Notes under the pieces: generated by a model
Seen by the model: the letters and a program-made list of their open reading frames with translations, nothing else
The model's database searches: none
Told to the model about the DNA's origin: nothing
Assembly: GCA_965204745.1 (NCBI GenBank)
Contig: OZ242010.1
Coordinates: 3,488,001 to 3,552,000, forward strand
Origin: Candidatus Latescibacterota bacterium
Lineage (GTDB): Bacteria > Latescibacterota > UBA2968
Reading direction: 5' to 3'
DNA length: 64,000 nt
Made by a program: the position numbers and the translations under genes
Shown here: one piece after another, positions 1 to 10,046 of the stretch
How positions within the stretch are numbered: the first letter of the stretch is position 1
Layout of the letters: each line of letters starts with the position of its first letter

Positions 1-1970
1 ATCCCACTCGCCCAGGAAATCAAATGCCGATTGTTTCTCTTTTTCGTCTCTGCGTTATAGGGTTCTACGGCTTCGTGCGTTGCGCGCCCCATCTGCCGGT
101 ATATCTCCGCTTGGATGAGATGGGCCAACTTGGATTGCGGCACTTGTGCTATGACCTGTCGGGTGGTTTGCAAACTCTGGTGAAAATTTCCCGATTGGAG
201 GGTGGAACTGGCTGTCGCCAGCAGGGAATCGACACAATGCGGGTTTGACGAGAGGCGTTCTCGCAGGAGTGCCTGACCTCGTTGCCAGGCCGCGTTATCC
301 CGTTTTTTGAAAATCCTGACCGTTGGATGGTCAAATCCGGTGAATGTGGGTTCGCTGTCATCATCCTTGAACGCGATGCTTCCCAGCGTGGGATAGTGCC
401 GAAAACGCTGGACGAGGTCAAATCCCAATTCGCCGGCCATCAACATGTGATAAAAAGTCACGCCGCCCGGAACGAGTTCGGGTGCCGCGATGAACTGTTT
501 GTAGCGATTGGCGTCGATGATGACCAGATACTCCGGGTTGCGTAACTGACTTAGGAGATAGGTGAGTTCGGCTTGGCAGGTCATGAATCCGCGCAGGCCA
601 AAGAGGGTGCCGGTGTTGATGGTGCGGACGGCGTATTTTTTGGAATCGATCAGCCCGCGCATGGAGAACCCGCCCCGTTCGACGCCGATGCGACTCGTGG
701 CCCGAATGTGCTCGTCTATCCAGCGTGCGGCTTGGATGCGGCTGTCTTCCTCGGCGTAGAGGCCGGCAAACGCAATGCCGTACGCGGTGCTGTAAATGAA
801 CGCCGCGCTGCAAATGGCGATGCCCAATCTCCGCGCCCAAACAAAGCGCGGCGCGCGGACGAGCCAAGCGCAAAAGGCTGCGGTTAGGAGGGCGAAGAAC
901 GGCAACAGGGGCAGGAGATACCGAATGGGCTTGGTGTGCAAACCGCCAATCACATAAAAATAAATCCCTGCCCAAAGCAGAATCAGTCCTTTGTGATGAT
1001 CGACTTTCCAAAGCGCGTAGGATAATCCAAAGAGAAAGAGGAGGGTCAGGGGCCAACCTACGCCCAAAGGCCACAGATGGGTCCAGTGATAGAGGTAAGG
1101 CGTGGTGTGTACATCCACCAAGCTCCAAGCGGAGAGGGTCTCGCCTCGGGCGACTTTCATCCCAAACCCAAAAGAGATGCCCGAAACGTCCTGAGAAAGC
1201 AGGTCCCAGTTGGTCGCGATATAGGGCTGGAGCGCGAGCAACACGACCACCGCTATCAGCCCTGCTAGATAGATAGGGGGGGCGAAGATGGCCTTGAGTT
1301 GTCGCTGGCGCGTGACATAGCCGACCAGCAATATGAGGCCCACGGATAGGCCCATCAGGCGCACGGATGCCGCGAGCCCTATCAGGAGGCCCGTCGCGAT
1401 GAACCACCGCCAACCGGGGCGTTCCAGTGAACGCAACAGGGCGTACATGCTGGCGAGAATCAGCATGGTGAACGCGCTATCCACGGTGTAAAAATGCGCC
1501 AGTTGGATCGCGATTGGGGCCGCGGCGACGACGCACACAGCCAACAGGCCCGTCAGTTCATCGAACCAGCGGACGCCCACTAGCCAAACGAGATACAGCG
1601 TGACGCAGGAAATCAGCGCGGATAGCCCGCGAGCAGTGACGTAGATGTAGCGCGTCCCATCGGGCGATAGCTGGTTTTCAAAGTCCCACCCGAAGACGAC
1701 CCGATTCAATTCGAGGACGCCTCGCAAGAGATAGACGGGCAACAGGCCGTACGCGGTGAGTTTGGGCGCGAAGGGATCGATGGGCCCCAAAGCGGCTTGG
1801 ATGACAGTGGTCTCATCCGGATGAAAATGATAAAACGCCTTGCTGGCCTCGGATTGGCCGGTTGCGTTCAGCACAAACGAACTGTCCCCTCGCGTCAGCC
1901 CCACAAAGCGCAGGGAACAGCCCAAGATGAGGCAGAGGATGAGGCAGAGGATGGAAAGTTTGCTCCGCAT
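1..1970 (-). CDS. ArnT/PMT-like (GT-C fold, GT39-type) membrane glycosyltransferase, runs off the window start
   Basis: ATG at 1970 with GAGGTG RBS; manual translation MRSKLSILCLILCLILGCSLRFVGL...FHPDE...AHFYTVD...RYLLPLLPF with many TM helices; absent from the ORF track because no stop occurs before position 1. Confidence 0.8.
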   Translation of the reverse strand, partial: MRSKLSILCLILCLILGCSLRFVGLTRGDSSFVLNATGQSEASKAFYHFHPDETTVIQAALGPIDPFAPKLTAYGLLPVYLLRGVLELNRVVFGWDFENQLSPDGTRYIYVTARGLSALISCVTLYLVWLVGVRWFDELTGLLAVCVVAAAPIAIQLAHFYTVDSAFTMLILASMYALLRSLERPGWRWFIATGLLIGLAASVRLMGLSVGLILLVGYVTRQRQLKAIFAPPIYLAGLIAVVVLLALQPYIATNWDLLSQDVSGISFGFGMKVARGETLSAWSLVDVHTTPYLYHWTHLWPLGVGWPLTLLFLFGLSYALWKVDHHKGLILLWAGIYFYVIGGLHTKPIRYLLPLLPFFALLTAAFCAWLVRAPRFVWARRLGIAICSAAFIYSTAYGIAFAGLYAEEDSRIQAARWIDEHIRATSRIGVERGGFSMRGLIDSKKYAVRTINTGTLFGLRGFMTCQAELTYLLSQLRNPEYLVIIDANRYKQFIAAPELVPGGVTFYHMLMAGELGFDLVQRFRHYPTLGSIAFKDDDSEPTFTGFDHPTVRIFKKRDNAAWQRGQALLRERLSSNPHCVDSLLATASSTLQSGNFHQSLQTTRQVIAQVPQSKLAHLIQAEIYRQMGRATHEAVEPYNAETKKRNNRHLISWASG

Positions 1971-2048
1971 GGCGTTTCACCTCGTGTGCTCCGTTGCGGT
2001 CAGAATGACGGTGGAACGGGCATGGAAAAAGCCGGGGTGACGCCCGCT

Positions 2049-2076
2049 GTCATTCTGACGAAAGTCGGAATCCAGT
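2049..2076. repeat. REP-like palindrome (TGTCATTCTGACGAAAGTCGGAATCCAG)
   Basis: Imperfect hairpin ATTCTGAC-GAAA-GTCGGAAT between hisG and the glycosyltransferase; a related CGTCACTCCGGCG...TCCAG unit lies at ~47106-47155. Confidence 0.45.
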
Positions 2077-2085
2077 CTGTTTCGT

Positions 2086-2964
2086 TCAATAAATCACTTT
2101 GTTGAGGGGATATTCGATGATGCCTTCTGCGCCGAGTTTTTTGAGTTTGGGGATGATGTCGCGCACGACGCGCTCATCCACGATGACTTCGATGGCGACC
2201 CAGTTTTCGTCGAGCAAGTTGGCGACCGTGGGGTTGTTGAGCGCGGGCAGGTTTTTGACGATGCGACCGAGGTCCGCACGGCGCACGTTCATTTTGAGGC
2301 CGACTTTGTCTTCGGCGTTGAACGCGCCGATGAGGAGGGTGGCGATGTTGCGCGCTTTTTCGCGTTTCCACGCATCGGCCCACGTCTGTTTGTTGGCGAT
2401 CAGCCGGGGCGTGGTTTCAAACATGGTTTCGACAACGCGCAATTTGTTGGCGCGCAAGGACGAGCCGGTTTCGGTGATTTCGGCAATGGCATCGACCAGG
2501 CCGGGCACGCGAACTTTGGCTTCGGTAGATCCCCACGAGTATTCGACTTCGGCAGTGATGCCATGGTCTTTGAGGTAGTTGCGCGTGGCCGTGACCAGTT
2601 CGGTGGCGACGCGCTTGCCCTGCAAGTCCCGAACGGTTTGGATGCCGGAGTTTTCGGGCACGGCGATGACCCAGCGCGCGGGTTGGGACGTGGTTTTGCT
2701 GTACGCAAAGTCGGCGATTTCGACTACGTCGGCTTCGTTTTCTCGGATCCAGTCGATGCCGGTCAAGCCAATGTCGAGCACGCCGCGTTCGACATAGTGG
2801 GCGATTTCTTGGGCGCGCAAGAACAAGCCTTCGAGTTCGGGATCGTCAATGACGGGCGTGTACGAGCGATGGCTAGCGCGAATGCGATAACCGGCTTTGG
2901 CAAATAAATTGAGTGTGGATTCTTGAAGACTGCCAGAGGGAAGCCCGATTTTTAATTTCGGCAT
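2086..2964 (-). CDS. hisG: ATP phosphoribosyltransferase, long form
   Basis: MPKLKIGLPSGSLQ, LDIGLTGIDW, VATEL, GSTEAK, DAIAEITETGSSLRAN, C-terminal LGAEGIIEYPLNKVIY; GAGGAGG RBS; the ORF-track start (3075) lies inside a MITE. Confidence 0.96.
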   Translation of the reverse strand: MPKLKIGLPSGSLQESTLNLFAKAGYRIRASHRSYTPVIDDPELEGLFLRAQEIAHYVERGVLDIGLTGIDWIRENEADVVEIADFAYSKTTSQPARWVIAVPENSGIQTVRDLQGKRVATELVTATRNYLKDHGITAEVEYSWGSTEAKVRVPGLVDAIAEITETGSSLRANKLRVVETMFETTPRLIANKQTWADAWKREKARNIATLLIGAFNAEDKVGLKMNVRRADLGRIVKNLPALNNPTVANLLDENWVAIEVIVDERVVRDIIPKLKKLGAEGIIEYPLNKVIY

Positions 2965-3061
2965 GGGGGATTCCTCCTCGAATGGATGGCGGCCCCTGGA
3001 TCCCGCCACTGCGATTCGCTTCTTTTCGGCTGGATGCGCGGAGACTGACCACTGACTACTA

Positions 3062-3564
3062 GGTTGTGTTGACATTTCATCTTTTTGACGTTACGCACAG
3101 AGTAGCAAATGTGTTGCTTGTTCATTTAAGGCGTTTCCTTTGATGGCTTAGGTTGCTCTGATGGCATTGCGCGAGGGGACCTATCCCCCGGCCCCTTTCC
3201 TACGAGGAAAGGGGAGAAAAGCTCCTTTGATGGCTTCTCGCTCTGGTTGCTCTGATGGCGTTTTGCGAGGGCATAAAGCGATTAAATATCCCTCATCAAT
3301 CCCCTCGCAAATGATGGCTTCTCGCTCTGGTTGCTCTGATGGCGTTTTGCGAGGGCATAAAGCGATTAAATATCCCTCATCAATCCCCTCGCAAAACCGC
3401 TCACAGTTCCCCCCTTCCTCTAAGGAAGGGGGGCCAGGGGGGTAGGTCCCGATAAGGAGCGACTGTTCCAGTTTCTCAAATCGAGAGCATATCCTGCGAT
3501 AGGGCTTGATTTTCTCGATAAACCGCTCAAGCCAGTTGCTTTGCTCCTAAATGTCAACAGAACC
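3062..3564. mobile_element. MITE type A (TIR GGTT[G/C]TGTTGACATTT, TA-flanked) with an internal 84-bp tandem duplication (3228-3311/3312-3395)
   Basis: Left end TA-GGTTGTGTTGACATTT, right end AAATGTCAACAGAACC-TA; near-identical copy at 58660-59066; no transposase. Confidence 0.85.
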
Positions 3565-3571
3565 TAATGCG

Positions 3572-4939
3572 ATGCAACCTGCCAAATTTATTTTCAAAAA
3601 AATCGGCCCAATAAAAAAGGCCGAACTGGAATTAGGCGACATCACGATCATTGCCGGGCGCAACAACACCGGCAAGACGTATCTGGTGTACACGCTTTAC
3701 GGCTTTCTGAAACAGTGGTATAGGCAAAGGAATATATCGCCGGAAATAGAAAAAATAGTCGAAGAAGTGACAGAGAAGGGGCACTTCAAGCGCACCGTTG
3801 ATAGAGAAACGCTCGATCAAGAGCGCAAAAAAATAATCCGCGGCGTGACCCGTTCCTTCTCGCAAGAAGACTTGTCCGGTGTGTTCAGTTCTCCATCCGA
3901 TGCTTTTGAAGAATCCTCTATCGAAGTCGAACTTTCCGGTGAATTTCCCAAAAATTTACAAATTGATATTCCTTATCCAAAAGGTGGCCTTGTTTCAATC
4001 CAGTACGATGGAACCGATATTATCGCAATCGACAAAAACGCAAGAGAACAAAAGCGCGATGACCCCTTTTTTTCCTTTCTTATCTCGTATCGTTACTATC
4101 GTTTTCTGTTTCCAGAACTGTCTCTTGATCCGTTTATTCTCTCTGCCGAACGCTTTGGTATCTCGCTCTTCTACAAAGAACTCGATTTTACCAAGAACCA
4201 ATTGGTGGATTATTTGCAGAAAATGAGCGACGACAAAAATAGGGATCGATTTTCTCCATATATCTTCATAGACAAAACGACCAGCCGCTACGCGCTCCCC
4301 ATAAAAGACAATATTGACTACACCAGAGACATACCCACTCTGAAAGGACAAAGAAGCGAGCTTTACGACGACAAATTGTTTGATAAAATCAAGGACATGA
4401 TGGGGGGATACTATAGCACTTCCGGCGACGACATCGCATTTATCTCCAGGCGTAAAGGACGCAACTTTAATCTACCGTTGCACATCGCGTCCTCCTCAGC
4501 GCGTGGCCTGTCCGATTTGTATTTCTACCTGCGTCACGTAGCAAAAGAAAATCAACTCGTCATCATCGACGAGCCAGAGAGCCATCTCGATACGGCCAAC
4601 CAAATACAACTGGCGAGATTGTTGGCGCGGATGGCACAATCTAACCTGAAGGTTCTGATAACCACCCACAGCGACTACATCATCAAGGAAATCAACAATC
4701 TCATTATGCTCAGTAGGCTTAAGGAAAAAAAGAAGGTCGTTAAGGATCTGGGGTATAAAAAAGACGACTTTATCGAACCGGACGCAATTCGGGCGTATGT
4801 CGCAGAGGGGGATGGCTTGACCAAGTGTGAAATTGATGAATTTGGCATCGACATGCCCGTCTTTGACGAAACCATTGATGAAATCAATCGGACTTCAAAT
4901 GAACTTGCCTCGCGTCTCATAGAAGAAAAGGAGGCGTGA
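3572..4939 (+). CDS. ABC-type/AAA_15-AAA_21 ATPase (AbiEii/OLD-like defence ATPase)
   Basis: Walker A GRNNTGKT, signature ASSSAR, Walker B IIDEPESHLD, H-loop TTHS; the track ATG (3551) is within the MITE TIR. Confidence 0.85.
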   Translation: MQPAKFIFKKIGPIKKAELELGDITIIAGRNNTGKTYLVYTLYGFLKQWYRQRNISPEIEKIVEEVTEKGHFKRTVDRETLDQERKKIIRGVTRSFSQEDLSGVFSSPSDAFEESSIEVELSGEFPKNLQIDIPYPKGGLVSIQYDGTDIIAIDKNAREQKRDDPFFSFLISYRYYRFLFPELSLDPFILSAERFGISLFYKELDFTKNQLVDYLQKMSDDKNRDRFSPYIFIDKTTSRYALPIKDNIDYTRDIPTLKGQRSELYDDKLFDKIKDMMGGYYSTSGDDIAFISRRKGRNFNLPLHIASSSARGLSDLYFYLRHVAKENQLVIIDEPESHLDTANQIQLARLLARMAQSNLKVLITTHSDYIIKEINNLIMLSRLKEKKKVVKDLGYKKDDFIEPDAIRAYVAEGDGLTKCEIDEFGIDMPVFDETIDEINRTSNELASRLIEEKEA

Positions 4940-4940
4940 A

Positions 4941-5495
4941 ATGGCGATAAATTCGGTATTGGAAAGCGTTCTGATAGAAGATGTTGTGGAGACGCCAAGT
5001 AAGGATCAGACCATCACCCTTCAGGAAAAGGATGCGAATGTCGATATGGATGTGAAAATAGTTACACAGTCCGCGTCCGTCATCGCGATACGGATGAGTG
5101 CTAAGAACCACTTACCAATTATGCAAGATGGCCCGTGGAACCAGGTATGCGACTATCTGTTAGTCGTTGAATCAGCCGATGAAATTCACGCCGTTTTCAT
5201 TGAACTGAAGAAAACTCTTACACAAAAGAAAAAGCCAAGAGAACAACTACGGCGATCCCTGCCGTTTTTGGCGTATCTTCTTTCCGTCTGCAAAATCGAG
5301 AATAGCAACATTGATACAATGCGACTAAACACCAACTATTTCATTATAGGCGAGAAGTCGGACGAGAGGCTCGACAAGGGATTGGTGAGAATTGATCCTA
5401 ATAGAATGATTGAAAAGGAGCGGTACAAGGAGATCGAAATTGCGACATCTGTCAAACCTAGCTTCACGCTTGATGAATTGATAAACCCCAAGTAA
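4941..5495 (+). CDS. Hypothetical protein, probable PD-(D/E)xK nuclease fold; partner of the upstream ATPase
   Basis: Starts 1 nt after the ATPase stop, with GGAGG RBS; motif CDYLLV...FIELK...EQL. Confidence 0.6.
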   Translation: MAINSVLESVLIEDVVETPSKDQTITLQEKDANVDMDVKIVTQSASVIAIRMSAKNHLPIMQDGPWNQVCDYLLVVESADEIHAVFIELKKTLTQKKKPREQLRRSLPFLAYLLSVCKIENSNIDTMRLNTNYFIIGEKSDERLDKGLVRIDPNRMIEKERYKEIEIATSVKPSFTLDELINPK

Positions 5496-5683
5496 AGAGA
5501 TCTCCCATTCACGGACGTTCCGCAGTTCAAAGCAGGTATCTCAACAAGTGCCCTCGCAAAACTTAAAATGCCTTAAATTTTTTTGTAAAATGGCTACCCA
5601 ACTGTTTGTTTGTCTTGTTCTGTGGAAATAGATGCAGTATTATCTACAAAAATTCCATAGCCTTTGCCGAAAGGAGAAATACA

Positions 5684-6700
5684 TTGTCGGATATTGAAAT
5701 CAAAAAACGAAGCGCATTGCTTCAACAAATTGAGTCGAATCGCAATTCCAAGGCAGTCCTTTACGTGACTGGAGACCGCCAAGGTCTGGAAGCCCAAATT
5801 GGCCAAGATGCCATAGATTTATTTGTTGATCATTTAGACGAAATTGGGCCAACCGAAAAGATATCCCTCGTTCTTCACACATCTGGTGGCAGTACTTCCG
5901 CAGCATGGAATTTGGTTAATCTTTTTCACATGTTTTGTGATGACTTTGAAATCATAGCACTGGGCAAATGTATGAGTGCTGGCACGCTTGTATCACTGGG
6001 CGCAGACCGTATTGTCATGACTAAGCAGGCAACGCTAGGGCCTATTGACCCGAGTATCCAACACCCGCTTGGACCCTCTATTCCCGGAGCAAGCCCTGAA
6101 GCACGCGCTGGGGTAAGTGTTGAAGCGGTTGAAGGCTACCTCGATGCAATCCGGAAATGTGAGGCTGGCGCACTTTTTGAAGGCCAAGCTCTTATAGACC
6201 TATCAAATAAGGTCCATCCTCTCGTGCTTGGGCAGATTTTTCGATCCAGGCAACAGATAAGAGATCTCGCCGGACGACTCTTACAGAAACATACCGATAA
6301 ACAAGAACAGATAGACCAAATCGTTGACTTCCTGTGCTCTGAATCAGGTAGCCACGATTATACTATCAATCGCCGAGAAGCCAAGAGATTGGGGCTGAAT
6401 GTGGAAAAATGTTCCGAGGAACTCTATGAGATTCTTCGGCAATTACGCCACAGCTTTTCCACTCAAATGTTACTTCGGGAACCTTACGATATCAACACCT
6501 TGGCCGCGAATGGTAGTATGGAAAGGTACGAATTTACGCGTGTTTTGATCGAGAGTGTGGATCATGGGGCGCACCATTTCATTACGGCTGGAGAGATCGA
6601 AATCACGGAAGTAATTCAGCAAAACCAGGAAGGGACACCGTTCAAACAGGTCGCTATTCGCGACCAACGCAAATTTGAGGGATGGAGGAAGGTAGCATGA
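5684..6700 (+). CDS. SDH-family (ClpP/SppA-fold) serine protease
   Basis: TTG start with AAGGAG RBS; motifs LHTSGG, CMSAGT (Ser), LGPIDP (Asp), SHDY (His), INRREAK. Confidence 0.85.
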   Translation: MSDIEIKKRSALLQQIESNRNSKAVLYVTGDRQGLEAQIGQDAIDLFVDHLDEIGPTEKISLVLHTSGGSTSAAWNLVNLFHMFCDDFEIIALGKCMSAGTLVSLGADRIVMTKQATLGPIDPSIQHPLGPSIPGASPEARAGVSVEAVEGYLDAIRKCEAGALFEGQALIDLSNKVHPLVLGQIFRSRQQIRDLAGRLLQKHTDKQEQIDQIVDFLCSESGSHDYTINRREAKRLGLNVEKCSEELYEILRQLRHSFSTQMLLREPYDINTLAANGSMERYEFTRVLIESVDHGAHHFITAGEIEITEVIQQNQEGTPFKQVAIRDQRKFEGWRKVA

Positions 6701-6909
6701 CAAAAACTGTACCAGATCCGGGATTAAAATTGACCTTTCCGAGTGGTACGGCAGCTTCGGCGTATCATCTGCCAGAATCATTAGATTGGTCAAGTTTGTC
6801 GGCACAGACGAAAAACCGGGTGGTTCTCGTTCCGGTTCACATGCAAGTGCTGACGAACCTCGAATTGCAGAAAAAAATGAATATGTCGCCCACAGATAGA
6901 GATGGTTAA
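6697..6909 (+). CDS. Small hypothetical protein (70 aa) coupled to the SDH protease
   Basis: ATGA overlap with the protease stop; GGAGG upstream. Confidence 0.5.
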   Translation: MTKTVPDPGLKLTFPSGTAASAYHLPESLDWSSLSAQTKNRVVLVPVHMQVLTNLELQKKMNMSPTDRDG

Positions 6910-7081
6910 TCTATTGTGTGCAGGCTGATTTTCATGCAACAAAGCCACTTAATCCGCGTATGGATTACAATTACTTAGGCCGTTAGCTTCCAAGTTGGCG
7001 GCCTTATCTGTTAAGTGCGTATCATCGACCAACTCGGATTCCGCACGTTGCAGTTTCAGCGTTTTTTGAAAGGTGGTTTGC

Positions 7082-7705
7082 GTGATTATTTTGGGCATTG
7101 ATCCGGGCAGTGTGGTGACGGGGTTTGGGCTTATCGAACATCGGAATCGGAAGAACCGATTGTTGCAATGCGGGTGTATTCGCCCCGGGAAGACCCTGTC
7201 TTTTCCCAGGCGGTTGCTCTACATCTACGACCACATGCGCGACTTGGTCGCAGAGGCATGCCCGCATGAAGTCGCGCTCGAATCGGTTTTTTACGGCGCG
7301 AACACGCAATCCCTGATCAAGTTGTGCCAAGCGCGCGGGGCCATTGTGACGGCCTTGGCCAATTCGGACCTGCCCATTGCTGAATACGCGCCCCGGGAAG
7401 TGAAACGCGCGGTCGTGGGCCGAGGCGGCGCGGCAAAAGAACAGGTGCAATTCATGATCCAGCGTTTGTTTGGCAACAAAGCACTAGACCAAGCCCTCGA
7501 CGCCACAGATGCCGTGGCTATCGCGCTGTGCCACGCGCATCAAAAGGTCGTAGCGCACGGCAGGGGAACGCGGCAAACCGCCTTGATCGAAAAGATCGAG
7601 GGCATGAAACAAGCCGGCAGGGCACAGAGTCAATTTGATGAAAAACTAAAAGCCATCGGCGTCAATGCCAAGTCCCGGCGGCGGTTGAACAAGAGGAGAT
7701 GGTGA
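7082..7705 (+). CDS. ruvC: Holliday junction resolvase RuvC with a basic C-terminal extension
   Basis: IILGIDPG, ESVF, EYAPREVKRAVVGRGGAAKEQV, DATDAVAIA. Confidence 0.95.
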   Translation: MIILGIDPGSVVTGFGLIEHRNRKNRLLQCGCIRPGKTLSFPRRLLYIYDHMRDLVAEACPHEVALESVFYGANTQSLIKLCQARGAIVTALANSDLPIAEYAPREVKRAVVGRGGAAKEQVQFMIQRLFGNKALDQALDATDAVAIALCHAHQKVVAHGRGTRQTALIEKIEGMKQAGRAQSQFDEKLKAIGVNAKSRRRLNKRRW

Positions 7706-7709
7706 TCCC

Positions 7710-8306
7710 ATGATCGCGTTTTTAGAAGGGTTGCTCGTGGAAAAACACCCCACCCATGTGCTCATTGACGTGCAAGGCGTGGGCTATTATGTGCATATTT
7801 CATTGGCGAGTTACGAATCGCTCGCGGTCACAGATGGGCGCGTCAAAGTGCTCACGCATCTCTATGTGCGCGAAGATGCGATGGTGCTCTACGGGTTTAG
7901 CTCCATGTCCGAGCGCGATTTGTTTGAACGCCTGATCGCGGTATCGGGCATTGGCCCGCCCATGGCATTGAAAATTTTGTCCGGCATTCCCATTGCCGAT
8001 TTCAGGCGGTTGATCGCCTCTGAAGACGCACGCGGGCTGACGCGCATCAAGGGCATCGGTCAAAAACTCGCGCAGCGGTTGGTGTTGGAGATGAAGGACA
8101 AAATCGGCGATATCGCGCCAGAAGAGTTGACGCCCGATGCCATCGGACACGCGGACCCCGATGTGTTGGACGAAGCCACAGCGGCCCTGGCCGGCTTGGG
8201 CGCGAATCCAGTGCAAGCGCGCAAAATCGTCGCCACCGTGTTGAAGGATATGGGCGAAACCGCGGCGATTGAGGAAGTGATCAAACGCTCACTCAAGCGC
8301 ATTTAA
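7710..8306 (+). CDS. ruvA: Holliday junction branch-migration protein RuvA
   Basis: [36 protein letters not shown]. Confidence 0.96.
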   Translation: MIAFLEGLLVEKHPTHVLIDVQGVGYYVHISLASYESLAVTDGRVKVLTHLYVREDAMVLYGFSSMSERDLFERLIAVSGIGPPMALKILSGIPIADFRRLIASEDARGLTRIKGIGQKLAQRLVLEMKDKIGDIAPEELTPDAIGHADPDVLDEATAALAGLGANPVQARKIVATVLKDMGETAAIEEVIKRSLKRI

Positions 8307-8319
8307 GCGAAGGCCGAGT

Positions 8320-9345
8320 ATGGACGAACGATTCACAGATCCCGAGTTTCAAGAGGGCGACGACTTTGAACGCGACCAGCGGCTTCGGCCCATTCGGTTT
8401 GACGATATGGTCGGGCAGGAAAAGGTGAAGGCGCATTTGCGGATTGCCGTCGAGGCCGCGCGCCATCGCAACGAGGCAATGGACCACGTTATCTTGCACG
8501 GCCCGCCCGGCTTGGGCAAGACCACGATGGCCTACGTCATCGCCCACGAACTCGGCGTGGAAATCCAAGTGACGTCCGGGCCCGTGTTGGAACGCCCGGC
8601 GGATCTCGCGGGCATTTTGACCAATTTGAACGAGAAGGACGTGTTGTTCATCGACGAGATCCACCGCATGAACCGCGTGGTCGAGGAACACCTGTATTCG
8701 GCGATGGAGGATTTTACGCTGGACATTATGATCGACAGCGGGCCGAGTGCGCGGTCGTATCAAATTCCGCTCGAACCCTTTACGCTGGTGGGCGCGACGA
8801 CGCGCATGGGCTTGCTCACCGCGCCGATGCGAACGCGCTTTGGGTTGCTCGAGCGCTTGGATTTTTATACGCCGGACGAGTTGCAGGCCATTGTGGTGCG
8901 GGCCGCGAGGATTTGGGGCATTGAGATCGAGTTGGATGCAGCGCGTGAAATCGCCCACAGGTCTCGGGGCACGGCGCGCATTGCCGGGCGGCAGTTGTCG
9001 CGGTCGCGCGATTACGCACAGGCGCGCGCCGATGGGATGATTACGCGGGAAGTCGCTGTCAAGGCGTTGGATTTGTTGGGCGTGGATGCCAAGGGCCTGG
9101 ACGAAATGGATCGGCGGTTGTTGGAAACCCTGATCGACAAGTTTGGCGGCGGGCCTGTGGGTCTCAACAATTTGGGGGCCGCGTTGAGCGAGGAGACAGA
9201 TACGCTCGAGGAAGTTTATGAACCCTATCTGATTCAGGAGGGGCTGCTCGTCCGCACGCATCGGGGGCGACAAGCCACGCCACGGGCGTATTTGCACTTG
9301 GGAAAAACACCGCCAAAAAACGACTCGCAAAACACATTGTTTTAG
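8320..9345 (+). CDS. ruvB: Holliday junction helicase RuvB
   Basis: [36 protein letters not shown]. Confidence 0.97.
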   Translation: MDERFTDPEFQEGDDFERDQRLRPIRFDDMVGQEKVKAHLRIAVEAARHRNEAMDHVILHGPPGLGKTTMAYVIAHELGVEIQVTSGPVLERPADLAGILTNLNEKDVLFIDEIHRMNRVVEEHLYSAMEDFTLDIMIDSGPSARSYQIPLEPFTLVGATTRMGLLTAPMRTRFGLLERLDFYTPDELQAIVVRAARIWGIEIELDAAREIAHRSRGTARIAGRQLSRSRDYAQARADGMITREVAVKALDLLGVDAKGLDEMDRRLLETLIDKFGGGPVGLNNLGAALSEETDTLEEVYEPYLIQEGLLVRTHRGRQATPRAYLHLGKTPPKNDSQNTLF

Positions 9346-9356
9346 GGCATTGCAAA

Positions 9357-10046
9357 GTGACAAAAATTTTGGGTATTGAGACGTCAACGCCGGTGTGTAG
9401 CGTGGCTATCGCGTGCGCTGGCCGCGTGCTCGTGGAATACACCTTGGAATTGGGCGCGCACCATTCGGAGCGGTTGCAACCCATGATCGAACTCGCGTTG
9501 CGAGAAGCGGATTTGCGGGTCGGCGATCTCGATGGCGTGGCCGTGGCTGCCGGGCCGGGGTCATTTACGGGATTGCGAATTGGGATGGGCATGGCCAAAG
9601 GGTTGTGCCGAGGGGGGCATCTCAAATTGGCGTGCGTTTCCACGCTGGCGGGCATGGCGTTTGGCGCGGGCGTCGCGGGCGTGCCCGTGTGTCCCATGAT
9701 AGATGCGCGGCGCGGGGATGTGTATGCCGGGGTGTACGATCTCGTTGGGGGAATGCCGGTTTCGCGCATCGCTGCCCGCGCAGATGCCGTTTCCAACTGG
9801 GCGATGGCTCTGCCGCGCCCGGCGATGGTGGTGGGCGATGGCGCGTGGGCGTACCGCGAGGTGATTGAAGACGCGATGGGGCGAGAGGCGTATTTTGTCA
9901 ATGCCGCGTTGGGCCGCCCCAGTGCCGGGGCCATCGCGCTTTTGGGGCAGGCGCGTTGCGAACAGGGCGCGGGCGATGATGTGGCGCTTGCCGAGCCCGT
10001 TTATTTGCGCCGAACCCAAGCAGAACGCCTACGATTGGATGGCTAA
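9357..10046 (+). CDS. tsaB: t6A biosynthesis protein TsaB
   Basis: ILGIETS, HSERL, GPGSFTGLRIG, IDARRGDVY, EPVYLR. Confidence 0.93.
   Translation: MTKILGIETSTPVCSVAIACAGRVLVEYTLELGAHHSERLQPMIELALREADLRVGDLDGVAVAAGPGSFTGLRIGMGMAKGLCRGGHLKLACVSTLAGMAFGAGVAGVPVCPMIDARRGDVYAGVYDLVGGMPVSRIAARADAVSNWAMALPRPAMVVGDGAWAYREVIEDAMGREAYFVNAALGRPSAGAIALLGQARCEQGAGDDVALAEPVYLRRTQAERLRLDG

Noticed and set aside
418-1413. 331-aa ORF-track protein
   Set aside because: It is an alternative frame of the real glycosyltransferase that starts at 1970 and runs off the window.
3161-3445. Small ORFs inside intergenic repeats (also 21487-21966, 43339-43888, 52053-52482, 61473-62204)
   Set aside because: Translations of non-coding MITE/REP modules, open in inconsistent frames among copies.
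6940-7020. Integron attC site after the low-GC islet
   Set aside because: GTTAAGT fits the core, but the partner ACTTAAT lacks the invariant AAC, pairing is poor, and there is no integrase.
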